From contig RDOA01000003.1 in the NCBI GenBank assembly GCA_011364925.1, positions 80,068 through 144,067 on the forward strand: DNA of 64,000 bases, read 5' to 3'. Source of the DNA: Promethearchaeota archaeon (GTDB taxonomy: Archaea > Asgardarchaeota > Lokiarchaeia > Sigyniarchaeales > SOKP01). Positions 28,183 through 39,137 of the stretch are shown one piece after another (position 1 is the stretch's first letter; each line of letters opens with the position of its first letter). Under the pieces are notes generated by a model, which worked only from the letters and a program-made list of their open reading frames with translations, searched no databases and was not told the origin of the DNA. Made by a program: the position numbers and the translations under genes.

Positions 28183-29784
28183 TTGAAAAACATGGCAAAA
28201 CCTAATATTATCTTAATATTAAATGACGACATGGGATATTCAGATTTAGGTTGCTATGGAGGAGAAGTTCAAACTCCTAATTTAGATAATTTAGCAAAAA
28301 ACGGGATTAGATTTACTAATTTCTATAATACGGCTCGGTGTTCTCCTTCACGGGCTTCGCTATTGACAGGACTACATCCTCATCAGACGGGTATAGGAGT
28401 TTTGGTTAACAATGATGGTCCAGAAGGATATGCCGGTTCGTTAAACAATAAATGTGTTACTATCGCAGAAGTCTTGAGAGAAGATGGATACAAGACATAT
28501 GTAAGTGGTAAATGGCACGTCTCGAATTCTCCTTACAAAGAAGCTGATAGCTGGCCAACTAAACGCGGATTTGACCATCATTATGGCATCCTCCAAGGAG
28601 CTACTGATTATTTCTATCCTATTAAGTTAAGAAGAGATGGAAAAAACATTGAAGAGGAAGCGAGAAACGATCCTAATTATTATCTAACAGATGCCATTAG
28701 CGACCAAGCCGTAGCTTTCCTTAAGGAGCACCATCAAAATTTTCCAGAAGACCCATACTTCCTATATATTGCGTACACTGCCCCTCATTGGCCGCTTCAC
28801 GCTAAAGAATCGGATATCAAAAAATATGAAGGACGGTTTATCGTAGGATGGGACATTCTTCGCGAAGAAAGACTCCAAAGAATGAAAAAATTAGGTCTTT
28901 GTGATGAAAATTTAAAGCTTTCTGAACGCGATCCCACCCAACGAGCATGGGATTTAACTAAAAACAAAGAGTGGGAAGCTCGTAGAATGGCTGTATATAC
29001 TGCTCAAATTGACAATATGGACCAAGGCATAGGTCGAATTATTGCGGAAGTTAAAAAACAAAATCAGTTGGAGAATACTGTGATCGTTTTTCTTTCGGAT
29101 AATGGTGGTTGTGCGGAACCTATGGGTCGTGCCATGAAAAAATTGACAAATTTAGATGAGTGGAAGAGTGGTCGTATAAAAACCAAGGATGGTCGTGATA
29201 TTCTTTATGGGAATAGGAAGTCCGTTATTCCAGGACCCGCTAACACTTACGCAAGCTATGGTACAGCTTGGGCAAATCTTTCAAATACCCCTTTCCGGAA
29301 GTATAAACATTGGGTACATGAAGGTGGAATTGCCACTCCATTAATTATTCATTGGCCTAATGGCATAAAGTTTAAAGGGAAGATCTGTCATCAACCAGGT
29401 CAACTCCCCGATATCATGGCGACAATTATTGAAATTACACATTCTCCTTATCCTGAGAAATACAATGGAGACAAAATTCTACCTTTGGAAGGACAAAGCT
29501 TAGCTTTAAGCTTTTCTAGTACCACCTCTATTGAACGAACACTATTTTTTGAGCACGAAGGGAACGCAGCGGTAATACAAGGAAACTGGAAATTAGTTAA
29601 AGAATATCCCTATTCATGGGAATTGTATGATAGAGAATCTGACCGAACTGAACTAGATAATATTATCTCGAGATATCCCGTAAAAGCTCGAGAATTGGAA
29701 TTAGCATTTCACCAATGGGCTAAACGCTGTGGCGTTATTCCATGGGATTTATACCTTACAAATAACAGATTTATCCAATATTAA
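28183..29784 (+). CDS. Arylsulfatase (Cys-type FGly sulfatase), no signal peptide; start probably ATG 28192
   Basis: PNIILILNDDMG, CSPSRASLLTG, SGKWH, APHWPLH, SDNG. Confidence 0.93.
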   Translation: MKNMAKPNIILILNDDMGYSDLGCYGGEVQTPNLDNLAKNGIRFTNFYNTARCSPSRASLLTGLHPHQTGIGVLVNNDGPEGYAGSLNNKCVTIAEVLREDGYKTYVSGKWHVSNSPYKEADSWPTKRGFDHHYGILQGATDYFYPIKLRRDGKNIEEEARNDPNYYLTDAISDQAVAFLKEHHQNFPEDPYFLYIAYTAPHWPLHAKESDIKKYEGRFIVGWDILREERLQRMKKLGLCDENLKLSERDPTQRAWDLTKNKEWEARRMAVYTAQIDNMDQGIGRIIAEVKKQNQLENTVIVFLSDNGGCAEPMGRAMKKLTNLDEWKSGRIKTKDGRDILYGNRKSVIPGPANTYASYGTAWANLSNTPFRKYKHWVHEGGIATPLIIHWPNGIKFKGKICHQPGQLPDIMATIIEITHSPYPEKYNGDKILPLEGQSLALSFSSTTSIERTLFFEHEGNAAVIQGNWKLVKEYPYSWELYDRESDRTELDNIISRYPVKARELELAFHQWAKRCGVIPWDLYLTNNRFIQY

Positions 29785-29881
29785 TTAGGTACTAAAATTG
29801 TAAATAACACTAAATTCATTATTTATTCACATTCTTAAATTATAAATTCAAATGTAATTTTATAAAATTAATAGCGCTAAT

Positions 29882-30745
29882 GTGATAAACATGAATTTTG
29901 AGACCATTAAGTTTGAATTGCAAGAAAACGGAATTGGAATACTGACGCTTAATCGTCCTGAGAAACTAAACGCTATGTCCTTTCAAATGATTAAGGATTT
30001 ACACGCGTTATTCGACTCTTTAATGGTAAATTTAGACTGTCGCGTTCTTATCTTAAAAGCAGAAGGGAGAGCGTTTTGTGCTGGATTAGATTTGAAAGAA
30101 TCGACAATTTTACAATCGAAAAAGAAACCTCCAGAGTTAAAAGAGAAGTTTCATTTTCTAAACGCTCCCGATAAAGATATAATAAAGGCAAAATTGTACG
30201 CTCAATGGTATACCAGCAACATTATTGTGAAAATGCGTAAAATTAATCAACCAATCATTGCCTTAGTTCAAGGGGCAGCATCTGGAGCCGGATTCGCTTT
30301 CTCTTTAGCAGCAGACATTAGAATTGCCAGTAAAAACGCAAGGTTCAATAACGCATTTATCAATGTTGGGTTTTCCGGCTCAGACTTAGGATCTAGCTAT
30401 TATCTTCCGCGACTTATAGGGATGTCAAGAGCGGCAGAGATTCTATACACGGGAAGATTTGTAGACGCTTATGAAGCTGAAAGGATTGGGCTCGTATTGA
30501 ATGTCGTAGAAGAAGCGGAATTGCTCGATACTGCAATTAAATTAGCAGAAAACATGTTACATAAAAGCCCATTAGGGTTGCGTATGACTAAGCAAACGCT
30601 CAATTTATCCCTTGATTCTCCAAGCCTAGAAACCATTCTTCAGTTAGAAAACCGAGCACAGATGCTTTGCTCTGCGTCTGATGATATTATGGAAGGAATT
30701 CAATCTTTTTTTGAAAAAAGAGAGCCAAAATATCCGTTAACCTGA
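29882..30745 (+). CDS. Enoyl-CoA hydratase/isomerase family
   Basis: LNRPEKLNA, AFCAGLDL, GAASGAG, EILYTGR. Confidence 0.92.
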   Translation: MINMNFETIKFELQENGIGILTLNRPEKLNAMSFQMIKDLHALFDSLMVNLDCRVLILKAEGRAFCAGLDLKESTILQSKKKPPELKEKFHFLNAPDKDIIKAKLYAQWYTSNIIVKMRKINQPIIALVQGAASGAGFAFSLAADIRIASKNARFNNAFINVGFSGSDLGSSYYLPRLIGMSRAAEILYTGRFVDAYEAERIGLVLNVVEEAELLDTAIKLAENMLHKSPLGLRMTKQTLNLSLDSPSLETILQLENRAQMLCSASDDIMEGIQSFFEKREPKYPLT

Positions 30746-30781
30746 AAATCTAGATTATAGTAAAGAAATAGAAAAATAAAA

Positions 30782-31636
30782 GTGAGAAAGATGGAATATC
30801 AGACTATTAAATTTGAACTGAAAGAGAATGGGATTGGAATTTTGTCCCTCAATCGTCCTGAAAAATTAAACGCGATTAACTTCCAAATGGAACAAGAATT
30901 ACACGAGGCATTGGACCATTTAATGATAAATTTAGACTGTCGCATATTGATTTTACGGGCGGAAGGAAGAGCTTTTTGCGCTGGAACTGATTTACAAGAG
31001 GGTTTAATATTACACCAGAAAAAATTTCCAGAGGGATACGAGAAATATTATTTTCTGGAAGTTCCAGAACCGATTAAAAAGAAGATGTATCATCAATGGC
31101 GTATTAGCTCAATTTTCGTAAAAATGCGGAAAATAAGCCAACCGATAATTGCGTTGGTTCAAGGTGCGGCTGCCGGGGGAGGATTTGGTTTCGCGATGGC
31201 CTCGGACTTTCGGATAGTGGCTTCGGATGTTAATTTTATGAACGCCTCAATTAATATAGGCTTGTCAGGAGCAGATGTGGGAGGAAGCTATTTTCTTCCT
31301 AGATTAATTGGATCAGCTCGAGCGTCTGAAATTATGTATACTGGAAGATCTGTAGGAGCTGAAGAAGCGGTGAATATTGGATTAGCACTAAAATCAGTTG
31401 ATTCGGAAGAACTATTGAATTCAGCTCTGGAATTAGCGAATGGACTACTGAAAAAGAGCCCTTTAGGTCTTCGAATGACAAAACAAGCCCTGAATTTAAC
31501 ACTGGACTCTCCAAGTTTAGAGACTATTTGTCAATTAGAAAATTCCAGCATTGTTCTTACATTTAGTTCTAAAGATGTTAACGAAGCTTCAGCGGCTTTT
31601 TTTAGTAAACGAGATCCTAAATATCCACTTCGATAA
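30782..31636 (+). CDS. Enoyl-CoA hydratase/isomerase family (tandem paralog)
   Basis: LNRPEKLNA, AFCAGTDL, GAAAGGG; closely similar to the preceding gene. Confidence 0.92.
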   Translation: MRKMEYQTIKFELKENGIGILSLNRPEKLNAINFQMEQELHEALDHLMINLDCRILILRAEGRAFCAGTDLQEGLILHQKKFPEGYEKYYFLEVPEPIKKKMYHQWRISSIFVKMRKISQPIIALVQGAAAGGGFGFAMASDFRIVASDVNFMNASINIGLSGADVGGSYFLPRLIGSARASEIMYTGRSVGAEEAVNIGLALKSVDSEELLNSALELANGLLKKSPLGLRMTKQALNLTLDSPSLETICQLENSSIVLTFSSKDVNEASAAFFSKRDPKYPLR

Positions 31637-31866
31637 TTAATTACTTTACTACTTTAAGAGGATAATTAACGTTTTTGGTAAAAGATTTTATATAAATGAA
31701 ATAAATTAAATCTTAATTATCCTAAATTAATGCATATTCTAATTATAAGGCGAAGTTTTTAAAGAATACATAAAAATCTAAGTAAAAAAGCTTCAATCTA
31801 TTCAAGTGGAATTATTGATAATTCTGGAAATCCAAATATAAAATAAAATAAAATTAAATAGAGAAT

Positions 31867-32376
31867 TTAATCTCTAATTTGTAATTTTGGAGTAATAGGT
31901 GAAGCTCCACCCATATTTGTAATAATTGGACAGTGCGTAAAAACTTTTTCCATCATTTCTTCAATTTTTTCTTTCGGAGCATTTGCTTTAATTCTAATAA
32001 CAGGCTCGAGATTGTCGTATCCCGCGAGTTTACTATCGTCGATACCAAAGATCGCTCCAAGATTAATGTGCCCACGAGAAAACACTTTTAATTCTATAAT
32101 TTCAATGTCCATGATTTTAGCCCAAAAACGGGTTACTGCCACTATGCATGCCCCTACTGAGGCTAAAATTAGTAATAAAGGTGAGGGTCCTTCATTGGTT
32201 CCGTCTAAACCTGGAGGTGCGTCAATTAATATTTCAAAAGGTTTCGCTCCCATAGTACATTTAACTTGCATACCTTCTGGTAACATTTCGCACTCAACGT
32301 TGAAGTTTTTTTCGCCGTTGGCCCAATCTACTTTAATTGCTTCATACGTTTCTTTAAAACTTGGCATTTTTATCAT
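31867..32376 (-). CDS. OsmC/Ohr family protein
   Basis: DAPPGLDGTNEGPSP, ASVGAC, HCPI (both Cys). Confidence 0.88.
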   Translation of the reverse strand: MIKMPSFKETYEAIKVDWANGEKNFNVECEMLPEGMQVKCTMGAKPFEILIDAPPGLDGTNEGPSPLLLILASVGACIVAVTRFWAKIMDIEIIELKVFSRGHINLGAIFGIDDSKLAGYDNLEPVIRIKANAPKEKIEEMMEKVFTHCPIITNMGGASPITPKLQIRD

Positions 32377-32710
32377 ATTTTAATATTGTTTTACTATAAT
32401 GAATAATCATCCATTATTCAAAATATATACTTTAGAATTAAGAATCTTATATAAATTTCTCTAATTTGAGAACGACTTCCGAGAGTTGTATTTTCTTGTG
32501 TTTTACCATAATATCGGATTCTTTCTAGCTTTACTTCTTGGTTTCCAATTGAAACTTTTTTTGATGATCTCGTAGTAGATTGAAACTTGAAGGTATTCCA
32601 TTGTTTAAGTTGATCTATAAGCGATATATTTAAATACTAGTAAAGAGAAATAAATTTTAGATAAATAGAAATTCAAAGGTGATGTAAAAAAAGTAGAAAT
32701 TGAAAAAGCA

Positions 32711-33445
32711 ATGGAAATAGATGACAGCAATAAGAGATCTTTTATGATCTTTGCTGGGATTCTGGTTTTTACTTTATTGTCTATTTTCATGATAATCTTA
32801 TTGGGAGTTGGGAGCGCAAGAGTTTACAATCAAAACAGTATCACGATGTTAGGTGGAGACCTTCAGCAAAACATCACATTAAGTAACGGAAATAAGGGCA
32901 CAGGAAGCAAAGAAATCGAACTAATAGCTTATAGAGGTTTGGTCGATGGCCTAGACACAGAACAGGGTTATATTAAGGTTCTTGATTATAATTTTGATTA
33001 TCCATTACCTTTGCATCTATCACAAGAAGAAGTCTCTGATTGGTTTGTAACATTGGAAGTAAGAGGTGGCTACGAACCATTAGAAGGCTATATTGATATA
33101 TGCCAGAAAGGAGAAGACAAAGGAAGGCTTTGGATGGATTGGACCTACCTTGGATTAAGACCAAGCTGGTACGAATATTGGAATGTAACCTTCAAGCCTG
33201 AAGGAAATATCTATCTTGACAGCAATCAATTCCCTGCAGTGGATCATGATTGGTTCTGGATCGATAAAGATGGGGAAATCCCCGGTAAAGACGTCAAATT
33301 TGATGTTTATACCCTGTGGACTGGATGTGGCCAAGAAGATCAGAACTTCGAGATAATATTGGTTCAAACGTTTTGTTTCCAGAGTCCTCAACACCCGAAT
33401 GTGAAATTTAAATCACCGTTTGAATTTCTATTTATCGGTATTTAA
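32711..33445 (+). CDS. Membrane-anchored/secreted hypothetical protein
   Basis: N-terminal TM; Trp/Asp-rich body. Confidence 0.7.
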   Translation: MEIDDSNKRSFMIFAGILVFTLLSIFMIILLGVGSARVYNQNSITMLGGDLQQNITLSNGNKGTGSKEIELIAYRGLVDGLDTEQGYIKVLDYNFDYPLPLHLSQEEVSDWFVTLEVRGGYEPLEGYIDICQKGEDKGRLWMDWTYLGLRPSWYEYWNVTFKPEGNIYLDSNQFPAVDHDWFWIDKDGEIPGKDVKFDVYTLWTGCGQEDQNFEIILVQTFCFQSPQHPNVKFKSPFEFLFIGI

Positions 33446-33455
33446 GATTGCTTAG

Positions 33456-33490
33456 TGATCGACCTCGATCTTGGATTGATTGACCTCGAT
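33456..33490. repeat. 14-bp direct repeat, 21-bp period
   Basis: TGATCGACCTCGAT (33456-33469) and TGATTGACCTCGAT (33477-33490). Confidence 0.6.
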
Positions 33491-33656
33491 TATCGGTTAT
33501 CTTAAAACTTTTATTTAATAATTACTCTTTGTTAATATTTTAACGAATTATAAATAAGAGCCTGTATCTTCCTTCTTCCTCTTAGAATGTAAAAATAGAA
33601 TAGTCTTACTATAACTTTTTATTAAGCGAAACATAGAATAATGTATATTTTAATAG

Positions 33657-35000
33657 GTGTATGTGTTGGAAGAAGGAGAAAAAAAAGCTCAATTAAAACG
33701 AAGAGTAACCCTATTCGGAGCAACTGCCTACGGAGTTGGTAATATCTTAGGAGCGGGGATATATGCCTTAATTGGAATTGTTATAGGAGACACAGGAAAC
33801 TATTCGTGGATAATTTTTGTTATTGCTGCAATTATCGGAGCTTTTACTGGGTTATCTTACGCTGAGCTTTCTGCTATGTACCCTAAAAGCGCTGCTGAAT
33901 TTGTCTATACCGAAGAAGCTTTTAGAATTCGGATTTTATCGTTTCTTTTAGGATGGATAATAATTTTTTCGGGAGTTCTCTCTGCGGCTACGGTTGCATT
34001 AGGTTTTGCGGGGTACTTATCAAACTTACTTGGAATTTCTATGGAGATACTTATATCAATAATGGCTGTCATTCTGATCGTGATTTTAGGTCTTATAAAT
34101 TTCTTTGGTATAAGAGCATCTACATGGACAAATGTTTTGTTTACATTAATTGAAGCTTCAGGACTTATTTTAATTATCATAATCGGGATTCCCAAATTTG
34201 GTACCGTCAATTATTTCGTTTTACCTCCCTCTAGTTCTGTTTTTTCAGTTTTTTCAACGGTTGGTTTAGTGTTTTTCGCGTATATTGGGTTCGAAGATGT
34301 CGCAAACATCGCGGAGGAGGTGAAAAGACCAGCAAAAAATCTGCCGCGAGCAATTATTATTTCGATCGTTATAACAACTCTTTTGTATTGTTTTACTGCT
34401 ATATCCGTAGTGAGTATAAAACCTTTTGATACAATTGATCCTTCAGCCCCATTAAGCGATGTCGCCATAACAATACTTGGTCCAATCGGTGGCGTAATTA
34501 TGTCGCTTATCGCTCTTTTTGCCACTGCTAATACCGTTTTGATAATGTTAATTGTTACCTCTAGAATGATGTACGGTATGGCGAGGGATAAAGCGTTACC
34601 AGAAGGAATAGGAAAAATTTCTCCAAAGTTTAAAACTCCTGCTTTAGCTGTTCTATTAACAACAATTTTTACCATTATTCCGTTGTTTTTTGGAGATATC
34701 CGCCTTGTAGCTGATGCCACTGTTTTTGGTGTATTAGTTACTTTTTTCCTCGTAAATCTAAGTTTAATTGTTTTACGCAAGAAAAAACCCGAGCTAGAAC
34801 GACCATTTAAACAAAAGCCAAACATTAAATGGATGCCGATTATTGCATTCCTCGGTTGCCTTGCGTGTTTAGGATTGCTCTTTACTTTTGCGGATTTAAA
34901 CGGCTTATGGACTGTACTTATTCAAGGAATAATAATCGTGTGCGGTATAATAGTATTTTACGCAATGAAATCAAAAATCCAAACAAGTGTTAGAAAGTAA
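33657..35000 (+). CDS. APC-family amino acid permease
   Basis: GNILGAGIY, SYAELSAMYP, FFAYIGFE, AEEVKRP, SRMMYGMARD. Confidence 0.93.
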   Translation: MYVLEEGEKKAQLKRRVTLFGATAYGVGNILGAGIYALIGIVIGDTGNYSWIIFVIAAIIGAFTGLSYAELSAMYPKSAAEFVYTEEAFRIRILSFLLGWIIIFSGVLSAATVALGFAGYLSNLLGISMEILISIMAVILIVILGLINFFGIRASTWTNVLFTLIEASGLILIIIIGIPKFGTVNYFVLPPSSSVFSVFSTVGLVFFAYIGFEDVANIAEEVKRPAKNLPRAIIISIVITTLLYCFTAISVVSIKPFDTIDPSAPLSDVAITILGPIGGVIMSLIALFATANTVLIMLIVTSRMMYGMARDKALPEGIGKISPKFKTPALAVLLTTIFTIIPLFFGDIRLVADATVFGVLVTFFLVNLSLIVLRKKKPELERPFKQKPNIKWMPIIAFLGCLACLGLLFTFADLNGLWTVLIQGIIIVCGIIVFYAMKSKIQTSVRK

Positions 35001-35011
35001 CTAGTAAATAT

Positions 35012-35188
35012 TTATCCATACTTATCTTTCCATTTTTTTTGTCGTTCTTCTACGTCTCCTTTCATTTTACACGATTTATGTATCTGATCTTGCATTTCCC
35101 ACTGTTTTTCTAATTCATCCTCAAGATCATCCTTTTTCTCATTATTCTTGTTCTTATGTCCTTTATTTTTCTCGCTTATTTCACTCAC
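35012..35188 (-). CDS. Small charged hypothetical protein (58 aa)
   Basis: Not in ORF track. GTG...TAA: MSEISEKNKGHKNKNNEKKDDLEDELEKQWEMQDQIHKSCKMKGDVEERQKKWKDKYG; starts 3 nt after the stop of the upstream activase gene. Confidence 0.6.
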   Translation of the reverse strand: MSEISEKNKGHKNKNNEKKDDLEDELEKQWEMQDQIHKSCKMKGDVEERQKKWKDKYG

Positions 35189-35191
35189 CTT

Positions 35192-35950
35192 TTATTCGTC
35201 TAAATACTCGTATAGTTCGTTTATCTTACAATATCCAATTATATTATCTCTTAAATAGATCTGGAATGACAATTCCTTATTTCTATAAGGTTTTAGGATG
35301 TTAAGTAGCGTGATGTGTTCTGGCTGTTGGAATATTTCTTTATAATCCTCTCCAACACCTTCAGAGTATTGATATTGTTGGAGGACAAAATCACCCTTGA
35401 ACCGATTTTTCTTTAGAAATGCGATTATCTTATCGATATCACTTGGTTCTATTAAATTTTCCACATAAGTTGTCCTAATTTCAAAATCAATATCTTCATA
35501 ACTATTTACAATATTAAATGTCTGAAGAATCAAGTCAGAATTAACTTGGTTTCCCGTAATTTTCGCTAATCTTTTATTATTAAGAGGACCTTTCAAATCT
35601 AAAGCTATTCTGTTAATATGTGGCAATAACTCCTTAATAGCGCTTGGTTTTGTTCCGTTAGTATCAATACTAACATATTTTCCAAATTGATTAATCTCCC
35701 TACATAACTCCAATAGATCTTTTTGGAGGGTAGGTTCTCCTCCTGAAATACTAACTGCGCTAACTAGCATGTTACTTTTGATTTGTTCCATGAGTTCAGG
35801 AACACCGATGTCCCTTCCAACATCTTTATATAATAGATACTTATTGTGGCAGAATCCACAACTTAGGTTGCACCCAACAGTGAATATAACCATTGTTGAT
35901 CTATTAGGGATGTCTTTCGTCGAAATATCTACAATTCCACCGACTCTCAT
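35192..35950 (-). CDS. nrdG: Glycyl-radical activating enzyme, anaerobic RNR activase-like (radical SAM)
   Basis: FTVGCNLSCGFCHN, ISGGEPTLQ, DTNGT, EIRTT. Confidence 0.8.
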   Translation of the reverse strand: MRVGGIVDISTKDIPNRSTMVIFTVGCNLSCGFCHNKYLLYKDVGRDIGVPELMEQIKSNMLVSAVSISGGEPTLQKDLLELCREINQFGKYVSIDTNGTKPSAIKELLPHINRIALDLKGPLNNKRLAKITGNQVNSDLILQTFNIVNSYEDIDFEIRTTYVENLIEPSDIDKIIAFLKKNRFKGDFVLQQYQYSEGVGEDYKEIFQQPEHITLLNILKPYRNKELSFQIYLRDNIIGYCKINELYEYLDE

Positions 35951-36077
35951 GATAAAGATTAATTTTATGATTTTACGAGTTTCTTCGCTACTGTATGGTT
36001 TCTAAAAAGTATGTCAAATTTAAAAAATAATCCTTTATTTTAGATGTTATTAAATTTTAAATAAATTAAATCGTAAA

Positions 36078-37307
36078 GTGATGTTATTGGACGGACATGT
36101 TCATTTTGAGGATTTAAATATTGAATATGGTTATTCGTGCATGCCAGATAGGTTGCACTTCTATACAAAAGAAGAAAACGATTTCAGAATGGAAGTGCGA
36201 GAGTGGTGCAGAGATAATATCGAGCCCTATGCTGAGAAAATAGATCGAGAGAGAAATTACGACTTAGCGGTGGAAATCTTGCGTAAGATGAAACCATACT
36301 TAAATATTATTATCCCTGAAGAAGCAGGAGGGCTTGGGAAAGGAATTTTGTATCGAACAATATTTGGAGAAGAACTTACCGCTTTTAATTATGCTCTTGC
36401 AGGCATTTTTGGAGCTTCTTCGTGCTTATTTGCCGGACCTGTTATTGAATTCGGAACATTAGAACAAAAGAAGAAGTATCTCTCCGGTATAGCAGATGGC
36501 TCAAAAATCGGTGCGATTGGAATAACTGAGCCTACTGGGGGTTCTGACGCAATAGGCGGGATGAGACTGAAAGCTGTAAGAGAGGGTGATTATTACGTGC
36601 TCAACGGAGAAAAATGTTTCATCACCAACGGAAGCGTAGCAGATTACATCTGTCTATACACAAAAACAAACGATCAAGTAAAAGCACATCAGGGTATCAC
36701 CGCGTTTATCTTTGAGACTGACACACCTGGCTTTGAAGTGATAAAAAATTACAACCATATGGGGCGTAGAGGAATGCCTAACTCTCACCTACGTTTTACC
36801 AACTGTAAAGTTCCAGTTGAAAATATGCTTCATCGAGAGAATGAAGGTGCAGACGTTTTATTGTTTGGTCTTGATGGTGAAAGAACATTCACTGCGTCTC
36901 AGTACGTTGGACTCGCTCGAAGCGCTATGGAAGTCGCTTATAGATATGCTCACAAACGCGTACAGTTTAAGCAACCGCTATACAACTTTGAAGGAATTTC
37001 CTTCAAGATAGCTGAAATGTTTATGGATATTGAGTTAAATAGAATGGCTATTGCTCAAATCGCCAGAATGCTTGACGAAGGCCATAATTGTAGAGCCTCA
37101 GTTGCAGCTGTTAAAACGAGGATCGCTGACGCGACCGTGAGAATCACCCAAGACGCAGTTCAAATAGCTGGAGGTCTCGGATACTCTGAAGAATATCCCT
37201 TAGAACGATACTATCGAGATTCAAAGATTGGACAGATCTCGGCAGGCACTTCCGAAATTATGAGGTATATCGTAACAAGGGAAATGATAAGAATGTGGGG
37301 TAAATAA
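36078..37307 (+). CDS. Acyl-CoA dehydrogenase
   Basis: ITEPTGGSD, LNGEKCFITNG, RVQF, GGLGY, ERYYRD, AGTSEI. Confidence 0.93.
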   Translation: MMLLDGHVHFEDLNIEYGYSCMPDRLHFYTKEENDFRMEVREWCRDNIEPYAEKIDRERNYDLAVEILRKMKPYLNIIIPEEAGGLGKGILYRTIFGEELTAFNYALAGIFGASSCLFAGPVIEFGTLEQKKKYLSGIADGSKIGAIGITEPTGGSDAIGGMRLKAVREGDYYVLNGEKCFITNGSVADYICLYTKTNDQVKAHQGITAFIFETDTPGFEVIKNYNHMGRRGMPNSHLRFTNCKVPVENMLHRENEGADVLLFGLDGERTFTASQYVGLARSAMEVAYRYAHKRVQFKQPLYNFEGISFKIAEMFMDIELNRMAIAQIARMLDEGHNCRASVAAVKTRIADATVRITQDAVQIAGGLGYSEEYPLERYYRDSKIGQISAGTSEIMRYIVTREMIRMWGK

Positions 37308-37387
37308 GTTTAAAACGAATTTCTATTTTATTACCTTTTTAATTATTACTCAAAAAAAAAGAAAATATAAAAATATGTAAATAAAAA

Positions 37388-37654
37388 CTACTCGTAGATC
37401 AAAAGCGGATTTTCTTTTGCATCTTCATTGAGAATACTATCTAATATTCTCTCTTCAATTTTATATATACTTGAAGCTTCTGTTATAAAACAATTCCAAT
37501 CGTAACACTTACGGTCGTCTTCAAAAACAACTCCATGACCTATTGTAATTTTATCGCAATCAGCATATAAAGCGTGAATTCTACCGCACTTTTCACAATT
37601 TATCACTTTTTTTTTCACATCACCTTTTTTTTTTGAATGGGAAAAAGTTCCCAA
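37388..37654 (-). CDS. Small Cys-rich (zinc-ribbon-like) hypothetical protein
   Basis: CEKCGRIH...C...CYDWNC. Confidence 0.55.
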   Translation of the reverse strand: MGTFSHSKKKGDVKKKVINCEKCGRIHALYADCDKITIGHGVVFEDDRKCYDWNCFITEASSIYKIEERILDSILNEDAKENPLLIYE

Positions 37655-37948
37655 TTAATATAATAATAGACAAAATGATTTATAAATATTACTCCTTTTT
37701 TCAGTTTTTTTCAGCAATAGTTAAAAAAAAGAATTGCTACATTAGCATTATATTAAACATTTTTTAATAGAAAATTTGTTCTGATATACAAATCAACAAA
37801 TTTTGATCGAGAAAATAATGTAATTTGAACAGATTTCAGATAAAATCAGAGTAAAACGACAAAAATATAATTTTTTGATATATTACATCCATAAATCATA
37901 TCAAAATTGTGAAAAATTCTTAAAGAGAGTCATACATTTAAGTGATTA

Positions 37949-38161
37949 ATGAAGAAAGAACGGAAAAAAGCATTTTTTATTTACCTGTTGCTTTTTGTTG
38001 TTTTTTTAATTGGAACCGTATTCTCGATAATGTATCTTGTCGTGAAACAATTTGAGAATTGGGTGCAATATCAAATTGCTGTTATAGTAATGGTTAGCAT
38101 AATCTTTTTCATGGGATTTTTTTTCTTTTCGGCGCTCCATTATGTAATCCGGAAGGGTTAA
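37949..38161 (+). CDS. Small 2-TM membrane protein
   Basis: Two hydrophobic helices with basic termini. Confidence 0.65.
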   Translation: MKKERKKAFFIYLLLFVVFLIGTVFSIMYLVVKQFENWVQYQIAVIVMVSIIFFMGFFFFSALHYVIRKG

Positions 38162-38175
38162 AGTGATTGGATTGG

Positions 38176-38901
38176 TCATTTTCCATTAATGGACTTGAGA
38201 ATTGCGTCAACAAATGCTTTAACTAGTTTTTTCGTTTGTAAAGCATCAGTACGAATGTATTTTGCTACTTCTATTTGAATCGTGTTAACTTGCTTAACAT
38301 TATAAAACTGGTGAGTAATGTATCCTCCAGAATACGCTAAACTATATTCCGATTCGGCGAATCCGTTATCGATACTAAAGTGTTTTGAAATTTCCGCTTC
38401 TAACTGATAACAACCCCAAAATTTCTCGCAAGCTTTACTTGTATTATCGTGAACGAGATCAAGAGTTTGACCGAAGATGTGTCCAAAAATAACATCGGGA
38501 TAGGATTCATACGGGCGTGTAAAGCCGTGAAAGTCTATTACAAGAGCTTTTTCAAATTGAGCAATACAGTCTTGAGAGAATTCTATTAATTGGTCGTGAA
38601 AAGCGTGGAACACACCATTTGCTTCCGTAGAAGTTTTATCAAAAGCCATGGAAGAATGAGGTGGCCTATTCAAATCTATTTTACTCCTGTGAATTTTACT
38701 AAGAATATAGTAGATTTTGATTCCTTTTGCTTTGAGTAGATTGGTAATTAATTTTGCAATAAAATATGTGTTTTTATCAGCAATTCTTGGACCAAGGGGT
38801 TTATCTGGTATCCTTATAGGTTTTTTGTAACCACCGTGTGGGCATGATAGGATTACTGGCGCGTTACCTTCAGCGAAATCGAAATATTTGTGAAAATCCA
38901 T
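38176..38901 (-). CDS. N-formylglutamate amidohydrolase family
   Basis: ILSCPHGG, IDLNR, IDFHGF, YSGGYIT, IQIEV. Confidence 0.85.
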   Translation of the reverse strand: MDFHKYFDFAEGNAPVILSCPHGGYKKPIRIPDKPLGPRIADKNTYFIAKLITNLLKAKGIKIYYILSKIHRSKIDLNRPPHSSMAFDKTSTEANGVFHAFHDQLIEFSQDCIAQFEKALVIDFHGFTRPYESYPDVIFGHIFGQTLDLVHDNTSKACEKFWGCYQLEAEISKHFSIDNGFAESEYSLAYSGGYITHQFYNVKQVNTIQIEVAKYIRTDALQTKKLVKAFVDAILKSINGK

Positions 38902-39137
38902 TAAGATAAAAAATTAATTTCGCATTATAAAGTTTGATAAATAACTTTGAAGTTGATAAGGATAACGATTTTGAGGGTTTTTTAAAGTTAGAACGATTGA
39001 ATATAAATTTGTCGGTAAATGTCTTAAGTTGTTAATTATGGACTTAATAAATATTTCCAAAATGTTTAATAAATCTAAATTATTTATTACAAATAAGTAA
39101 ATTATAAAGTTACCATTTAATTGAGGTATTAGATAGA

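Noticed and set aside
32450-32602. Possible gene remnant between osmC and 32711
   Set aside because: Only short frames with no recognisable homology.
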